From: an uncultured Gammaproteobacteria bacterium
GTDB lineage: Bacteria > Patescibacteriota > Patescibacteriia > Patescibacteriales > UBA12465
Assembly: GCA_964440365.1 (NCBI GenBank)
Contig: CAYTRX010000001.1
Span: 12,180-66,462 of the forward strand
Reading direction: 5' to 3'
Length of the DNA stretch: 54,283 nucleotides
Each line of letters opens with the position of its first letter. Positions within the stretch are counted from its first letter, which is position 1. A program made the position numbers and the translations under genes. The notes below the pieces were generated by a model. It ran no database searches and was not told the origin of the DNA. It worked only from the letters and a program-made list of their open reading frames with translations. Positions 26,959-36,689 of the stretch are shown one piece after another.

Positions 26959-28770
26959 TTATATCAAATATTCTCGCTGACGAAAATTCTTTTGTGATCT
27001 ATTTTCCCAATCTTTTTCTTCGTCCGAAAAACCACGTAAACAATTATCACATTTTCCGCAATTTTTAACATCCTCTTCGCCAAAATAACGCAAAATATAA
27101 GACTGACGACAAGCTGAAAAATAAGCATAATTTTCCATCTCGTCTAATTTTTCTTGGGCTTTTTTAAATTTTTCCTCTAAAGCTTTAAAGTCTATTTTTA
27201 AATCCTCGGGCGCCACTCTTTTTAGTATTCTAATTTCTGTTCCACGAAAAGGAGGACGATATTCTAATAAATCTTTTTCTGATAAATTTTTTATTAAACG
27301 CATAAGCGAATCTTTTTTCATTCCAATCGATAAAGCTAAATCCTCTAAAGAAAACTCAAAACCCGCTTCTATTTCTTCCTTATATTTATCATAAATTTTA
27401 TTCAAAACCTCAATTTGAACTTTAGAGCGAGCGCTCAAAGAAGAGAGCAGGGTATTAAAATCAGATCGGCTTTTTAAAAAAGCATTGCCATTTTTTTCAT
27501 TAGGTCTAGACAAATAACCCTCTTTTTCCAATATTTTTAAAGCGGTACCAATAGCCATTTCAGGAACATTTTCTTCTAACTCTTTAGCTAATTCAGAATA
27601 AGTTATTAAAATTAATTTAGCCTGATCGGAAAAATTATTGCTATTTAAATCATCTTCTTTTTCTAATAATTTTTCATAAATTCTTATTATTAATTCTGGT
27701 TCCGGATTATCACCTTTAATAAAAAACTCACGTAAATATCTATCACTTGGAGAATACATCAATAAACAAAGGCTGGGCAAACCATCACGTCCGGCTCGAC
27801 CCGCTTCCTGATAATAAGCTTCAATTGTTCCGGGTATATCATGATGAATAACAAAACGAATATCTTTTTTATTTATTCCCATACCAAAAGCATTGGTAGC
27901 CACTACGACACGGGCTCGATCAGACATAAAATTTTCTTGCACCCAATCACGACTATCATTATCCATGCCAGCATGATAAGCAACCGCCTCAATTCCATTA
28001 TCTAAAAGTTTTTCTAAAATCTCATCAGCTTTAGCTCGAGTTCCAACATAAACAATGCCACTGCCTTCACCAGTACTCAAAATAGCATCAATAATTAAAT
28101 CAATTTTTCGAATATTGGAAGCCGAGATTACACCAAACTGAATATTTGGTCGAGCAAAACCAGTAATTACCATTTCCGGATTTTTTAAATTTAATTGTTT
28201 AACAATATCATTTTTAACCTCTGGAGTAGCTGTCGCTGTCAAAGCTAAAACGGTCGGCTTACCCAAAAACTCAACCGCATTTTTTAATCTTAAATAACTT
28301 GGACGAAAATCATGCCCCCACTGACTAATGCAATGAGCCTCATCAATCGCAAATAGAGAAACCTTAACTTGAGCTAAGGAATCTAAAAAAGATTGATTAT
28401 AAAATCTCTCAGGTGCTACATAAACAATTTTATAAAAACCATTTCTTAATTGCTCTAAACGCTCCTCACTTTCCGCCAAAGAAATTGAAGAATTAATAAA
28501 AGTTGCGGGAATGCCTATCTTTTGTAAAGAATCAACTTGATCCTTCATTAAAGCAATCAGAGGTGAAACCACTATCGTTAAACCATCTAAAACTAAAGCT
28601 GATAATTGAAAAATCAAAGACTTCCCGCCACCAGTTGGCATAATAACTACTGTATTTTTTCCTTCAATAACATTATAAATAGCCTTCTCTTGTCCAAGGC
28701 GAAAAGAAGAATAGCCATAATATTTTTGGCATAATTTTGGTATTTGTTTTTTCCGCTCTTCAATTGTCAT
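26959..28770 (-). CDS. recQ: ATP-dependent DNA helicase RecQ
   Basis: FRLGQEKAI, MPTGGGKSL (Walker A), DEAHCISQWGHDFRPSY (DEAH box), ATNAFGMGINKKDIRFVIH, QEAGRAGRDG, and a Zn-binding C..C..C cluster near the C-terminus. Confidence 0.9.
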   Translation of the reverse strand: MTIEERKKQIPKLCQKYYGYSSFRLGQEKAIYNVIEGKNTVVIMPTGGGKSLIFQLSALVLDGLTIVVSPLIALMKDQVDSLQKIGIPATFINSSISLAESEERLEQLRNGFYKIVYVAPERFYNQSFLDSLAQVKVSLFAIDEAHCISQWGHDFRPSYLRLKNAVEFLGKPTVLALTATATPEVKNDIVKQLNLKNPEMVITGFARPNIQFGVISASNIRKIDLIIDAILSTGEGSGIVYVGTRAKADEILEKLLDNGIEAVAYHAGMDNDSRDWVQENFMSDRARVVVATNAFGMGINKKDIRFVIHHDIPGTIEAYYQEAGRAGRDGLPSLCLLMYSPSDRYLREFFIKGDNPEPELIIRIYEKLLEKEDDLNSNNFSDQAKLILITYSELAKELEENVPEMAIGTALKILEKEGYLSRPNEKNGNAFLKSRSDFNTLLSSLSARSKVQIEVLNKIYDKYKEEIEAGFEFSLEDLALSIGMKKDSLMRLIKNLSEKDLLEYRPPFRGTEIRILKRVAPEDLKIDFKALEEKFKKAQEKLDEMENYAYFSACRQSYILRYFGEEDVKNCGKCDNCLRGFSDEEKDWENRSQKNFRQREYLI

Positions 28771-28884
28771 ATTCTTAAAAAATTTTTAAAACTTATCTTA
28801 CAAAACAAAAATTAAAAAGACCTAGAGTCTTTAATAATTTATTAAAATATTAATTTTATTTTTCTAAAACTATCAAATTAAAAT

Positions 28885-29730
28885 TTATTTTTTATTTAGA
28901 AAAGATAAAATTACATTTTTCAATAAACAGGCAACTGTGATTGGGCCAATACCTCCAGGAACTGGAGTAAAATAACCTTTAAAACCTTTGGTGTCTGCCC
29001 CCCTTAGATCTCCTAAAACTTTTTGCCCCTCTTTACTAATTCCAACATCCAACAAAATCATATCATCACTAAAAAATTTTTTATCAATAAATTCAGCTCG
29101 ACCCATGGCTGAGATTAATAATTTATTAGATCTAACTTTTTCCGCTAAAACATCTAATTCTTTTTTATTAAGATTAAATAATTCTTTAGAACTAATCCCA
29201 GAAAATTTTATTCCCTGCTCTTCCAAAAAACCCTGAACCTCATTCTTAAAAATTTCCGAATTATAAAACAAAAAAGCCTGAGCTCCTTTAAGGTCCTGTT
29301 GACAATCTTCTAAGCTATACTTTAAAGCTAAAATAAGGGGAGAAAAAAACATTTTTTTATCACTTAAAAACCCATCAACATTTTTTTCCGGACTAATAAT
29401 TTTAATAATTTTATCAGTATCAAAATTATCAGGCAAAGGTAGTTGAATTAAAATTCCATCAATACTTTCATCTTGATTTAAGAATTTTATAGTTTCAATA
29501 ATATTTTTTTCACTCTCATCTTTATCAATTAAATAAAGACTAGTATCAACCCCGACCTCCTTAGCCGCTTTTTCCTTTAAAGAAATATAAAGTTTAGAAT
29601 CCACTCGATCACCAACTAAAATAATTGCCAAACCGGGACGACGATTTTTATCGTTTAAAACCGCAAAAACACTAGAAGCTAAGTCATCTTTTATTTTTTC
29701 GGCTATTTTTTTACCATCAATTATTTTCAT
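28885..29730 (-). CDS. folD: Bifunctional methylenetetrahydrofolate dehydrogenase/cyclohydrolase
   Basis: MKIIDGKKIAEKIKDDL..., PGLAIILVGDRVDSKLYISLKEKAAKEVG, LIQLPLP, TPVPGGIGPITVACLL. Confidence 0.85.
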   Translation of the reverse strand: MKIIDGKKIAEKIKDDLASSVFAVLNDKNRRPGLAIILVGDRVDSKLYISLKEKAAKEVGVDTSLYLIDKDESEKNIIETIKFLNQDESIDGILIQLPLPDNFDTDKIIKIISPEKNVDGFLSDKKMFFSPLILALKYSLEDCQQDLKGAQAFLFYNSEIFKNEVQGFLEEQGIKFSGISSKELFNLNKKELDVLAEKVRSNKLLISAMGRAEFIDKKFFSDDMILLDVGISKEGQKVLGDLRGADTKGFKGYFTPVPGGIGPITVACLLKNVILSFLNKK

Positions 29731-29741
29731 TTTTCAAAAAA

Positions 29742-30983
29742 TTATTTATAAATAGGGAAGCGCTGACAAAGATTTTTCACTTTCTTTTTTAATTTTAATA
29801 ACTCAATCTCATTATCTTTATTTAAAAAAGCTTCATTTATTAAATCGCAAATTAACAAAACTTCAGCTTTTTTAAAACCTCTGGTACTAATAGCGGCACT
29901 ACCAATCCGAATTCCCGAAGGCTTCATAGCTGGGGCTGGATCATTAGGAATAGTAGAGCGAGAAACAGAAATTGAAATTTTTTCCAAAATTTGTTCGGCC
30001 GCCAAACCATTTATTCCCTTATTTCTTAAATCAATCACCATTAAATGATTATCGGTGCCCGAAGAAATAATTTTATAACCCAAACTCATCAATCTATTAG
30101 CCATCACTTGAGCATTTTTTATCACTTGCTGACAATATTTTTTAAACTTAGGCTCAAGCGCTTCTTTAAAAGCAAGGGCTTTGGCTGCATTGATATGATT
30201 ATGTGGCCCACCCTGAATACCAGGGAAAACAGCTCGATCAACTTGTTGGGCAAATTCTTTTTTACATAAAATAAAAGCTCCTCGTGGTCCTCGCAAAGTC
30301 TTATGAGTAGTAGCCGAAACAACATCAAAATATGGAACCGGACTGCTTAAAACTCCTCCGGCAATTAATCCAGCAATATGAGAAATGTCAGCAAAAGTAT
30401 AAGCCGAAACCTCATCAGCAATTTCCTTAAATTTTTTCCAATCAAGCTCTCGAGAATAAGCACTAAAACCAGCTACTATCATTTTTGGTTTTTCTCGTTG
30501 AGCTATTTCTCGCACTTGTTCCATGTTAATCAAGCCGTTAGCATCAAGTTCGTATTGAATAAAATTATATAATTTCCCAGAAAAATTAGCTGGATGACCA
30601 TGAGAAAGATGTCCACCATGATCTAATTTTAAACCCAAAACCTTATCTCCTGGTTGTAAAAAAGCCATATAAACAGCCGCGTTAGCGCTTGAACCAGAAA
30701 AAGGCTGCACATTGGCGTGCTCCGCTTTAAATAATTTTTTTAATCTTTTTATTGCTAAATTTTCCAGGTCATCAACCACCACATTACCACCATAATATCT
30801 TTTACCACTATATCCTTCACTATACTTATTAGTAAAAACTGAAGACATCGCCGCTAAAACTGCTGGAGAAACATAATTTTCGGAAGCAATTAAGTTAATT
30901 TCTTCTTCTTGTCTTTTTATTTCTCGCTTAATTAATCTTACCACTTCCGGATCTTTATTATTTAATTGTTTATATGAAATCAT
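29742..30983 (-). CDS. glyA: Serine hydroxymethyltransferase
   Basis: LIASENYVSPAVLAAMSSVFTNKYSEGY..RYYGG, and the PLP-Lys context TTHKTLRGPRG. Confidence 0.95.
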   Translation of the reverse strand: MISYKQLNNKDPEVVRLIKREIKRQEEEINLIASENYVSPAVLAAMSSVFTNKYSEGYSGKRYYGGNVVVDDLENLAIKRLKKLFKAEHANVQPFSGSSANAAVYMAFLQPGDKVLGLKLDHGGHLSHGHPANFSGKLYNFIQYELDANGLINMEQVREIAQREKPKMIVAGFSAYSRELDWKKFKEIADEVSAYTFADISHIAGLIAGGVLSSPVPYFDVVSATTHKTLRGPRGAFILCKKEFAQQVDRAVFPGIQGGPHNHINAAKALAFKEALEPKFKKYCQQVIKNAQVMANRLMSLGYKIISSGTDNHLMVIDLRNKGINGLAAEQILEKISISVSRSTIPNDPAPAMKPSGIRIGSAAISTRGFKKAEVLLICDLINEAFLNKDNEIELLKLKKKVKNLCQRFPIYK

Positions 30984-31032
30984 AGGTAAAAAGAAGCTTT
31001 TTCTTTATTATTATTCATTAAATTATATACTA

Positions 31033-31061
31033 ATAATAAAGGAAAAGAAAAGCCTTGTCAA
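31033..31061 (-). promoter_or_regulatory. Consensus-like sigma-70 promoter for glyA-folD (minus strand)
   Basis: On the minus strand: TTGACA (31056-31061), 17 nt spacer, TATTAT (31033-31038), about 50 nt upstream of the glyA ATG. Confidence 0.45.
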
Positions 31062-31190
31062 AAAACCTTAAAAATATTTTAAAAAGCACTTTTTAAAGAA
31101 AATTCTCTGTATTTTTATAAAAAATTACAATAAAAATAAATGTTTATATAAAATAAATTGTTATCTAAATAAAATATCTTTCAAAAAATC

Positions 31191-32855
31191 TTAAACAGAC
31201 TTTTTGATCAATTTTAAATTTTTTACCATATAAGTATTCTTTAAACGATAACCTAATTTTCGATAATAATTTCGGACTCCCACACCAGAAATCACCGCTA
31301 TTAGATTTGCCCCCTCCTGTTGAGCTATTTCCTCTGCTCGAGCCATTAATTTTTTTCCTAAACCTAAATGCTGTACTCGAGCTGAAGCTCCCACTGGAAC
31401 CAATTGACCATAAACATGAAGCTCTCTAATCAAAGCTGGTGCCACTGGACTAGAAAAATCAATTCGCAAACGACAAAAGCCATACAAAGTTTTCCCGTCT
31501 TTACTATCAAAACTAATAAAATACTCATTTTCTCCTGAAGCCGGATATTTTAAAACATTTAATTTCAAATTGTCTTTTTTAATCTCAGCTTTTTTAACTT
31601 CACGACATCTAATACAATTACACTTAACCCCCTTGTTTTTCATCACTTGTCGCAAATTGGTTATTTTATTTCCAGCCTCAATTGACTCTCCGGGAATATC
31701 CCGAATTAAACGAATTATTCGAGTATAAACTGGAGCCACTTTTTTTGATTCAATAATAACCCTCTCTAATTCTTGATCAGTATAAGGCTGATATTTTCCT
31801 TGCCTCCACCAACGATATAATAAACTATCTTTAACTACCGTTGTTGGATAAAATTTAATTTGATCTGGTTGAAAATCAGCCTGATGATATAAATCATAAA
31901 ACATTGCAATATCTTTATTCGGATTAGATCCAGGTAAAGCTGGCATAAAATGATAAGTAACTTTAAAACCAAATTGCTTTAATTTTTTAGTAGCGGCAAT
32001 AATTTCTTTTACCCCGTGACCTCGTTTATTTAATTTTAAAATATCATCATCAATCGCCTGCACCCCAATTTCTACTCTAGTACAAGCCAATTCGCGCATT
32101 TGTCGCAATTCTTTCTCATCCAGATAATCTGGTCTAGTTTCCAAAGTTAAACCAATAATACTATATTCAGCTTTTTCATTTCTCTTTTGTTCTCGTTGTA
32201 AAACTTTTTTTAATTCTTTTAAACTTTGTTCTTTTTTTATAAAATTAGCCGAAAAGCCTTGTGGCGCAACTGATTTTAAACTTTTAGTAATAATAATCTT
32301 ATGTCTGATTTTTTTATAATCATTAGCAGCTTTAAAACAACTAGCTAAATACCAATATTTATATTTATTATCTAAATAACTCCAAGTACCACCAATAACA
32401 ATCAGCTCGATCTTATTAGGTTCATGTCCATTATTTTCTAAAGCTTTCAAACGAAAAATAGTTTGTAAATAAGGATTATAGTCTAAACGCAAGGCGCGCA
32501 TAACAGCTGGCTCATTAGGTAAATAAGAAACTGGGACATTTGGCTTTTGAGGACAATAAGCACAAGAGCCTGGACAAGGATAAGGTTTAGTTAAAACAGC
32601 TACCGGAGCAATACCAGACAAAGTTCGAACTGCTCGTTTTTTCAATAAGGCTAAAAATTTTTCATTATTTTTTTCTAACCAAGTTGAGCTTATTTTTTTC
32701 TCCTCAATAAAAGAAAAATAATCCCGTAAAATGTCAGAATTTAAAAGAATAGAAAAACCATATTTTTTTGCCAAAGATCTTTTAAAAATATTAAGATCTT
32801 CGCTTGTCTTTATTTTTTCAATATTTTCAATAAGTTCCCAAGTTGCTTCTTTCAT
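31191..32855 (-). CDS. elp3: Bacterial Elp3 homologue (radical-SAM plus GNAT acetyltransferase, tRNA wobble-uridine modification family)
   Basis: Radical-SAM cluster motif CPGSCAYCP, IGGTWSYL, LETRPDYL, VEIGVQAIDD, and a C-terminal GNAT region HLGLGKKLMARAEEIA. Confidence 0.8.
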   Translation of the reverse strand: MKEATWELIENIEKIKTSEDLNIFKRSLAKKYGFSILLNSDILRDYFSFIEEKKISSTWLEKNNEKFLALLKKRAVRTLSGIAPVAVLTKPYPCPGSCAYCPQKPNVPVSYLPNEPAVMRALRLDYNPYLQTIFRLKALENNGHEPNKIELIVIGGTWSYLDNKYKYWYLASCFKAANDYKKIRHKIIITKSLKSVAPQGFSANFIKKEQSLKELKKVLQREQKRNEKAEYSIIGLTLETRPDYLDEKELRQMRELACTRVEIGVQAIDDDILKLNKRGHGVKEIIAATKKLKQFGFKVTYHFMPALPGSNPNKDIAMFYDLYHQADFQPDQIKFYPTTVVKDSLLYRWWRQGKYQPYTDQELERVIIESKKVAPVYTRIIRLIRDIPGESIEAGNKITNLRQVMKNKGVKCNCIRCREVKKAEIKKDNLKLNVLKYPASGENEYFISFDSKDGKTLYGFCRLRIDFSSPVAPALIRELHVYGQLVPVGASARVQHLGLGKKLMARAEEIAQQEGANLIAVISGVGVRNYYRKLGYRLKNTYMVKNLKLIKKSV

Positions 32856-32914
32856 ATTTTTTATTTATAATATAACTATAATAATTATAAATAAAAATTA
32901 AATAAAACAAAAGT

Positions 32915-34054
32915 ATGAAGAAAATATTTTTCTTATCTTTTTTATCTTTGCTTTTTTTATTCCCAGTTGCTACTAAGGCTTATACTATTAAAGCTGACGA
33001 ATTTATTTATATTAGCAAAGATGAAGTAGTAGAAGGTAATCTTTATTTTATGGCCAATAGCATTACTGTTGAAGGCGAAATCTTGGGCGATCTTATTGGT
33101 CTGGCTTCCAATGTTTCAGTTAATGGACATGTTAGTGGCGATTTAATTACCCTTGCCCAAGATATTAAAGTTAATGGGCAAGTTGATGGTAATTTGAGGG
33201 CTTTAGCTAGTTCAGCAACAATTTCCGGAAAAATTAATAAAAACATTAATTATGCTGGAGAAAATTTATTTTTAGAAAATGATTCTAATATTGGCCAAGA
33301 TACTCTAATAGCTGTTGACAGAGCTGAACTAAAAGGAAAAATTAAAGGTAATGCTCACGGTTTAAGCAATAGTCTTTTAATTTTAGGGTCGGTTGATAAA
33401 AACGTAGATTTTGTTTTAGATAAAGTAAAAAGAAAAAAATATCTTAGTACTTTAAAAATCGGTGGGTCAGCTGAAATTGGTGGGGACCTAAATTATCAAG
33501 CTGGCAATGAAGCTTCTATTGAAAGTGAAAATATCAAAGGCAATATTTTGCACAAAGAACCAATAGCAGCCGCCAAAGGAAAAATTAGCATCTCTTCCTT
33601 ACTTTATTCAATATTATCATTATTTATTTTATCTGTAATTTTACGAGCTTTATTTAAAGAGCCTTTAAAAAAAGTAAAGCGACTTATTATTAAAAAAAAT
33701 ATCAGATTAAGTGGTTGGGGGCTCCTCTTTTTATTCGCTACCCCAATCATCGCCTTACTTCTAATGTTTACTATTATCGCCCTACCAATAGCGATTATTA
33801 TTTTAATTATTTGGGGTCTAATTTTATACCTAAGTAAAGCAATATTAGCTATGGCCTTGGGTGATTATATTTTCCGAAAATTAAAAAAAGAAAAAACTCA
33901 TGCTTATTTAAGAATACTACTCGGATTAATAATTGTCTGCCTTTTAACCGCCCTTCCTTATATTGGCTTCATCTTCTCTCTATTAATTATTAGCATTGGA
34001 ATGGGAGCTTTTTACGAATTAAGTTTTAAGAAAAAAAATAGCGCTCAATCCTAG
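32915..34054 (+). CDS. Exported/membrane protein with bactofilin-like (polymer-forming cytoskeletal, beta-helix) repeats and a C-terminal polytopic anchor
   Basis: Signal peptide MKKIFFLSFLSLLFLFPVATKA. It is followed by repetitive G.L..LA..V.V.G.V.GDL units (GDLIGLASNVSVNGHVSGDLITLAQDIKVNGQVDGNLRALASSATISGKI) and 4 or more C-terminal TM helices. Confidence 0.5.
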   Translation: MKKIFFLSFLSLLFLFPVATKAYTIKADEFIYISKDEVVEGNLYFMANSITVEGEILGDLIGLASNVSVNGHVSGDLITLAQDIKVNGQVDGNLRALASSATISGKINKNINYAGENLFLENDSNIGQDTLIAVDRAELKGKIKGNAHGLSNSLLILGSVDKNVDFVLDKVKRKKYLSTLKIGGSAEIGGDLNYQAGNEASIESENIKGNILHKEPIAAAKGKISISSLLYSILSLFILSVILRALFKEPLKKVKRLIIKKNIRLSGWGLLFLFATPIIALLLMFTIIALPIAIIILIIWGLILYLSKAILAMALGDYIFRKLKKEKTHAYLRILLGLIIVCLLTALPYIGFIFSLLIISIGMGAFYELSFKKKNSAQS

Positions 34055-34144
34055 TCGTTTAATCCTAATAAATATTTTTTAACTTAATAAATTACAGTAA
34101 GCAAAGTTAATAATTTTAACTTAAGTAATTTAATTTAAAATAAT

Positions 34145-35512
34145 ATGACAATTTCGCCTTCAATTTTTAAAGCTTACGATATTCGTGGCATCTACAAAAA
34201 AGATTTTGATGAACAATTTGCTTATCAACTAGGCTTAGCTTATATTGAGCTTCGAAAAAAAGATTTAAAAAACAAAAAAAAGAAATTTAAAGTTGTAGTC
34301 GGGGCTGACATGAGATTATCTTCGCCTTCACTAAAAAAATATTTAATTAAAGGACTTTTAGCTGCTGGAGCTGATGTTTGTGATATTGGTCTAACAAGCA
34401 CTCCCACATTTTACTTCGCCGTAGCTAAATATAAATATGACGGAGGGATTATGGTCTCCGCTTCACATAATCCCAAAGAATGGAATGGTTTTAAAATTGT
34501 TCGGGAAAGAGCTGTGCCGGTCAGCGGAGATAGTGGAATTAATTTTCTTAAAGAATTAATTTTAAACAAAGAATTAAAAGCTGAAAATAAACCGGGCAAA
34601 TTAAGTAAACGAACAGACGTCTTAGCTGAACACATTAAACATGATTTAAAATACGCTAAATTAAATAAAATAAAAAAATTAAAAATAGTTTTAGACCCAG
34701 CAAACGCTGTTGGCTCACTTTATTTAAAAGAATTATTTAAATTTGTCCCCGCCCATCTAATTAAAATTAATTTTAAATTAGATGGCAATTTCCCAGCCCA
34801 TGAAGCTGATCCCTTAAAAGAGGAAAATTTAAAAGATATTAAAAAAGCTGTTATAAAAAATAAAGCTGATTTAGGAATTACTACCGATGGTGATGGCGAC
34901 CGTATCTTTTTTATTGATGAAAAAGGTGAATTAATTGATCAATCTATTATCAGAGGTCTTTTAGCTAAACTATTTTTACAAGATAAGCCCAATAGTAAAA
35001 TTGGCTTTGATGTTCGACCAGGAAAAATTACCGAGGATTTAATTTTAGAAAATAAGGGACGTCCAGTAAAGACCAGAGTTGGACATTCTTTAATAAAAGA
35101 ACAAATGCTGAAAGAAGATATTTATTTTTCTGGAGAATCCTCGGGTCATTTTTTTCTTAATATGCCAATTGGCTGTTTTGAAATACCAAATATTGTTATT
35201 TTAAAGCTCTTACAAGAATTCTCTGCTTCTGAATTAGCGATTTCCGAACAAATAAAACCATATCAAAAATATTTTTTATCAGGCGAAATAAATCGAGAAG
35301 TACAAGACAAAGAAAAAATATTTAAAGCCTTGGAAAAAAAATATAAAAATGGTCAAATTAGTAAATTAGACGGTATCAGTGTTACTTTTAAAGATTTTTG
35401 GTTTAATGTTCGCGCATCAAACACCGAAAATAAAATGCGTTTAAATTTAGAGGCTATTGACAAAAAAACATTAAAAGATAAAACTAAAGAAGTCTTGAAT
35501 ATTATTAAATAG
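34145..35512 (+). CDS. Phosphomannomutase/phosphoglucomutase family enzyme (second paralogue in the window)
   Basis: FKAYDIRGIY, active-site VSASHNPKEWNGFKIV, metal loop TTDGDGDRIFFID, GESSGHFF. Confidence 0.85.
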   Translation: MTISPSIFKAYDIRGIYKKDFDEQFAYQLGLAYIELRKKDLKNKKKKFKVVVGADMRLSSPSLKKYLIKGLLAAGADVCDIGLTSTPTFYFAVAKYKYDGGIMVSASHNPKEWNGFKIVRERAVPVSGDSGINFLKELILNKELKAENKPGKLSKRTDVLAEHIKHDLKYAKLNKIKKLKIVLDPANAVGSLYLKELFKFVPAHLIKINFKLDGNFPAHEADPLKEENLKDIKKAVIKNKADLGITTDGDGDRIFFIDEKGELIDQSIIRGLLAKLFLQDKPNSKIGFDVRPGKITEDLILENKGRPVKTRVGHSLIKEQMLKEDIYFSGESSGHFFLNMPIGCFEIPNIVILKLLQEFSASELAISEQIKPYQKYFLSGEINREVQDKEKIFKALEKKYKNGQISKLDGISVTFKDFWFNVRASNTENKMRLNLEAIDKKTLKDKTKEVLNIIK

Positions 35513-35552
35513 AAAATTAACAATTAAAAACTTAACTATAAAAAAATAAAAA

Positions 35553-35825
35553 ATGAGTCCGGAAAAGATTGTTCACTTAGTGTTTCTTCTAACTTCCTGC
35601 TCTGGAGTAATAATTATTGGACTGATTTTTAAAATTTTAAAATCTCTCTTTAAACTCCATAAATTAAGCTCCTCTCACTTGTTTCTTTTATCCTTAATAA
35701 TTTTATTTATTCTTAAAATAATTATTGGAATAAATTTTAATATTATCTTTTGGGGATTTATTGGATTGGTTATTGGAGTAGGGATAGTTAGCTTCTTCTT
35801 TTTTGAAGAAGGTTTAAAAAAATAA
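35553..35825 (+). CDS. Small hypothetical membrane protein (90 aa)
   Basis: Three hydrophobic segments. It is followed by a terminator. No recognisable family. Confidence 0.35.
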   Translation: MSPEKIVHLVFLLTSCSGVIIIGLIFKILKSLFKLHKLSSSHLFLLSLIILFILKIIIGINFNIIFWGFIGLVIGVGIVSFFFFEEGLKK

Positions 35826-35844
35826 AAATAAATTTAAAAAACCA

Positions 35845-35870
35845 AAGCACCAAATACGGTGCTTTTTTAT
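35845..35870 (+). terminator. Rho-independent terminator
   Basis: AGCACC (35846-35851), loop aaatac, GGTGCT (35858-35863), followed by TTTTTTATTT. Confidence 0.6.
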
Positions 35871-35978
35871 TTAACAAAAAAAACCGCTTAAAGCGATTTA
35901 GATTTTATTTATTTCTTTTAAAATTAGCTCGTTAACTCGGATTAAATTAGCTCAAATTAATTTATTATTAATCTTAAA

Positions 35979-36689
35979 TTACCATTCGCCAAAATCATAT
36001 TCAATAATCTTTTTCTTTATCGGTCCAAAAAGAAGTACATAAAATGTAGAATACATTAATCTTCTAAACATTTTCCAACAGCCATTTTTTTCAAATCTTC
36101 TATTAGAAAAAATTATTTTTTTTGATTTTAAAATTCGAAAGCGACCAAATTTTTTAAGCTTCTCACAATAAGCCTGGTCCTCACCAATATAAATAGATTC
36201 ATCAAAACCACCAGCTTTTTCGTGACACTTTTTTAAAACAATAATTCCGGCTCCCAAAGCCAAAGGTTTAACATACTGCGCTAAAAAAGCAAAAAAATTA
36301 TAGAAAGCCCGAAAAAATTTATAAAAAAACTTTTTCGAATTAAAAGTTAAATAAAAACCAGCTATTGCTAAATTTCTCGCCTTAAATTCTTCAATAATTT
36401 TTTCTAAAAAATCTTGTCCTTCTATTCTGGTGTCAGCATCCAAAAATAATAAAATATCACCTTGGGCTATTTTAGCTCCAGCATTTCTTTGAATTGATGG
36501 ATGTCGAGCATCTTTGGCTGAAGCCACTAAGCGACAGGCAAAATTTTCGGCTACTTCTTGAGTTCTATCTTCAGAAGAAGCATCAGAAATAATAATTTCA
36601 TAATCAGAAAAACTTTGCTCTCTAATACTGGTGAGTAATTCTGGTAAATACTTCTCCTCATTTAAGGTTGGGATAATAATTGATAACAT
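35979..36689 (-). CDS. Family 2 glycosyltransferase
   Basis: LSIIIPTLNEEKYLPELLTSIREQSFSDYEIIISDASSEDRT and LFLDADT (DxD). Confidence 0.8.
   Translation of the reverse strand: MLSIIIPTLNEEKYLPELLTSIREQSFSDYEIIISDASSEDRTQEVAENFACRLVASAKDARHPSIQRNAGAKIAQGDILLFLDADTRIEGQDFLEKIIEEFKARNLAIAGFYLTFNSKKFFYKFFRAFYNFFAFLAQYVKPLALGAGIIVLKKCHEKAGGFDESIYIGEDQAYCEKLKKFGRFRILKSKKIIFSNRRFEKNGCWKMFRRLMYSTFYVLLFGPIKKKIIEYDFGEW

Noticed and set aside
26023-34635. Other short overlapping ORFs (26023..26235 +, 26403..26594 -, 28988..29236 +, 30045..30269 +, 30122..30328 -, 30378..30572 +, 33043..33246 -, 34411..34635 -, 43593..43775 -, 52601..52801 -)
   Set aside because: Each overlaps a confidently identified enzyme or structural gene in another frame or strand. 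They are treated as non-coding shadows.
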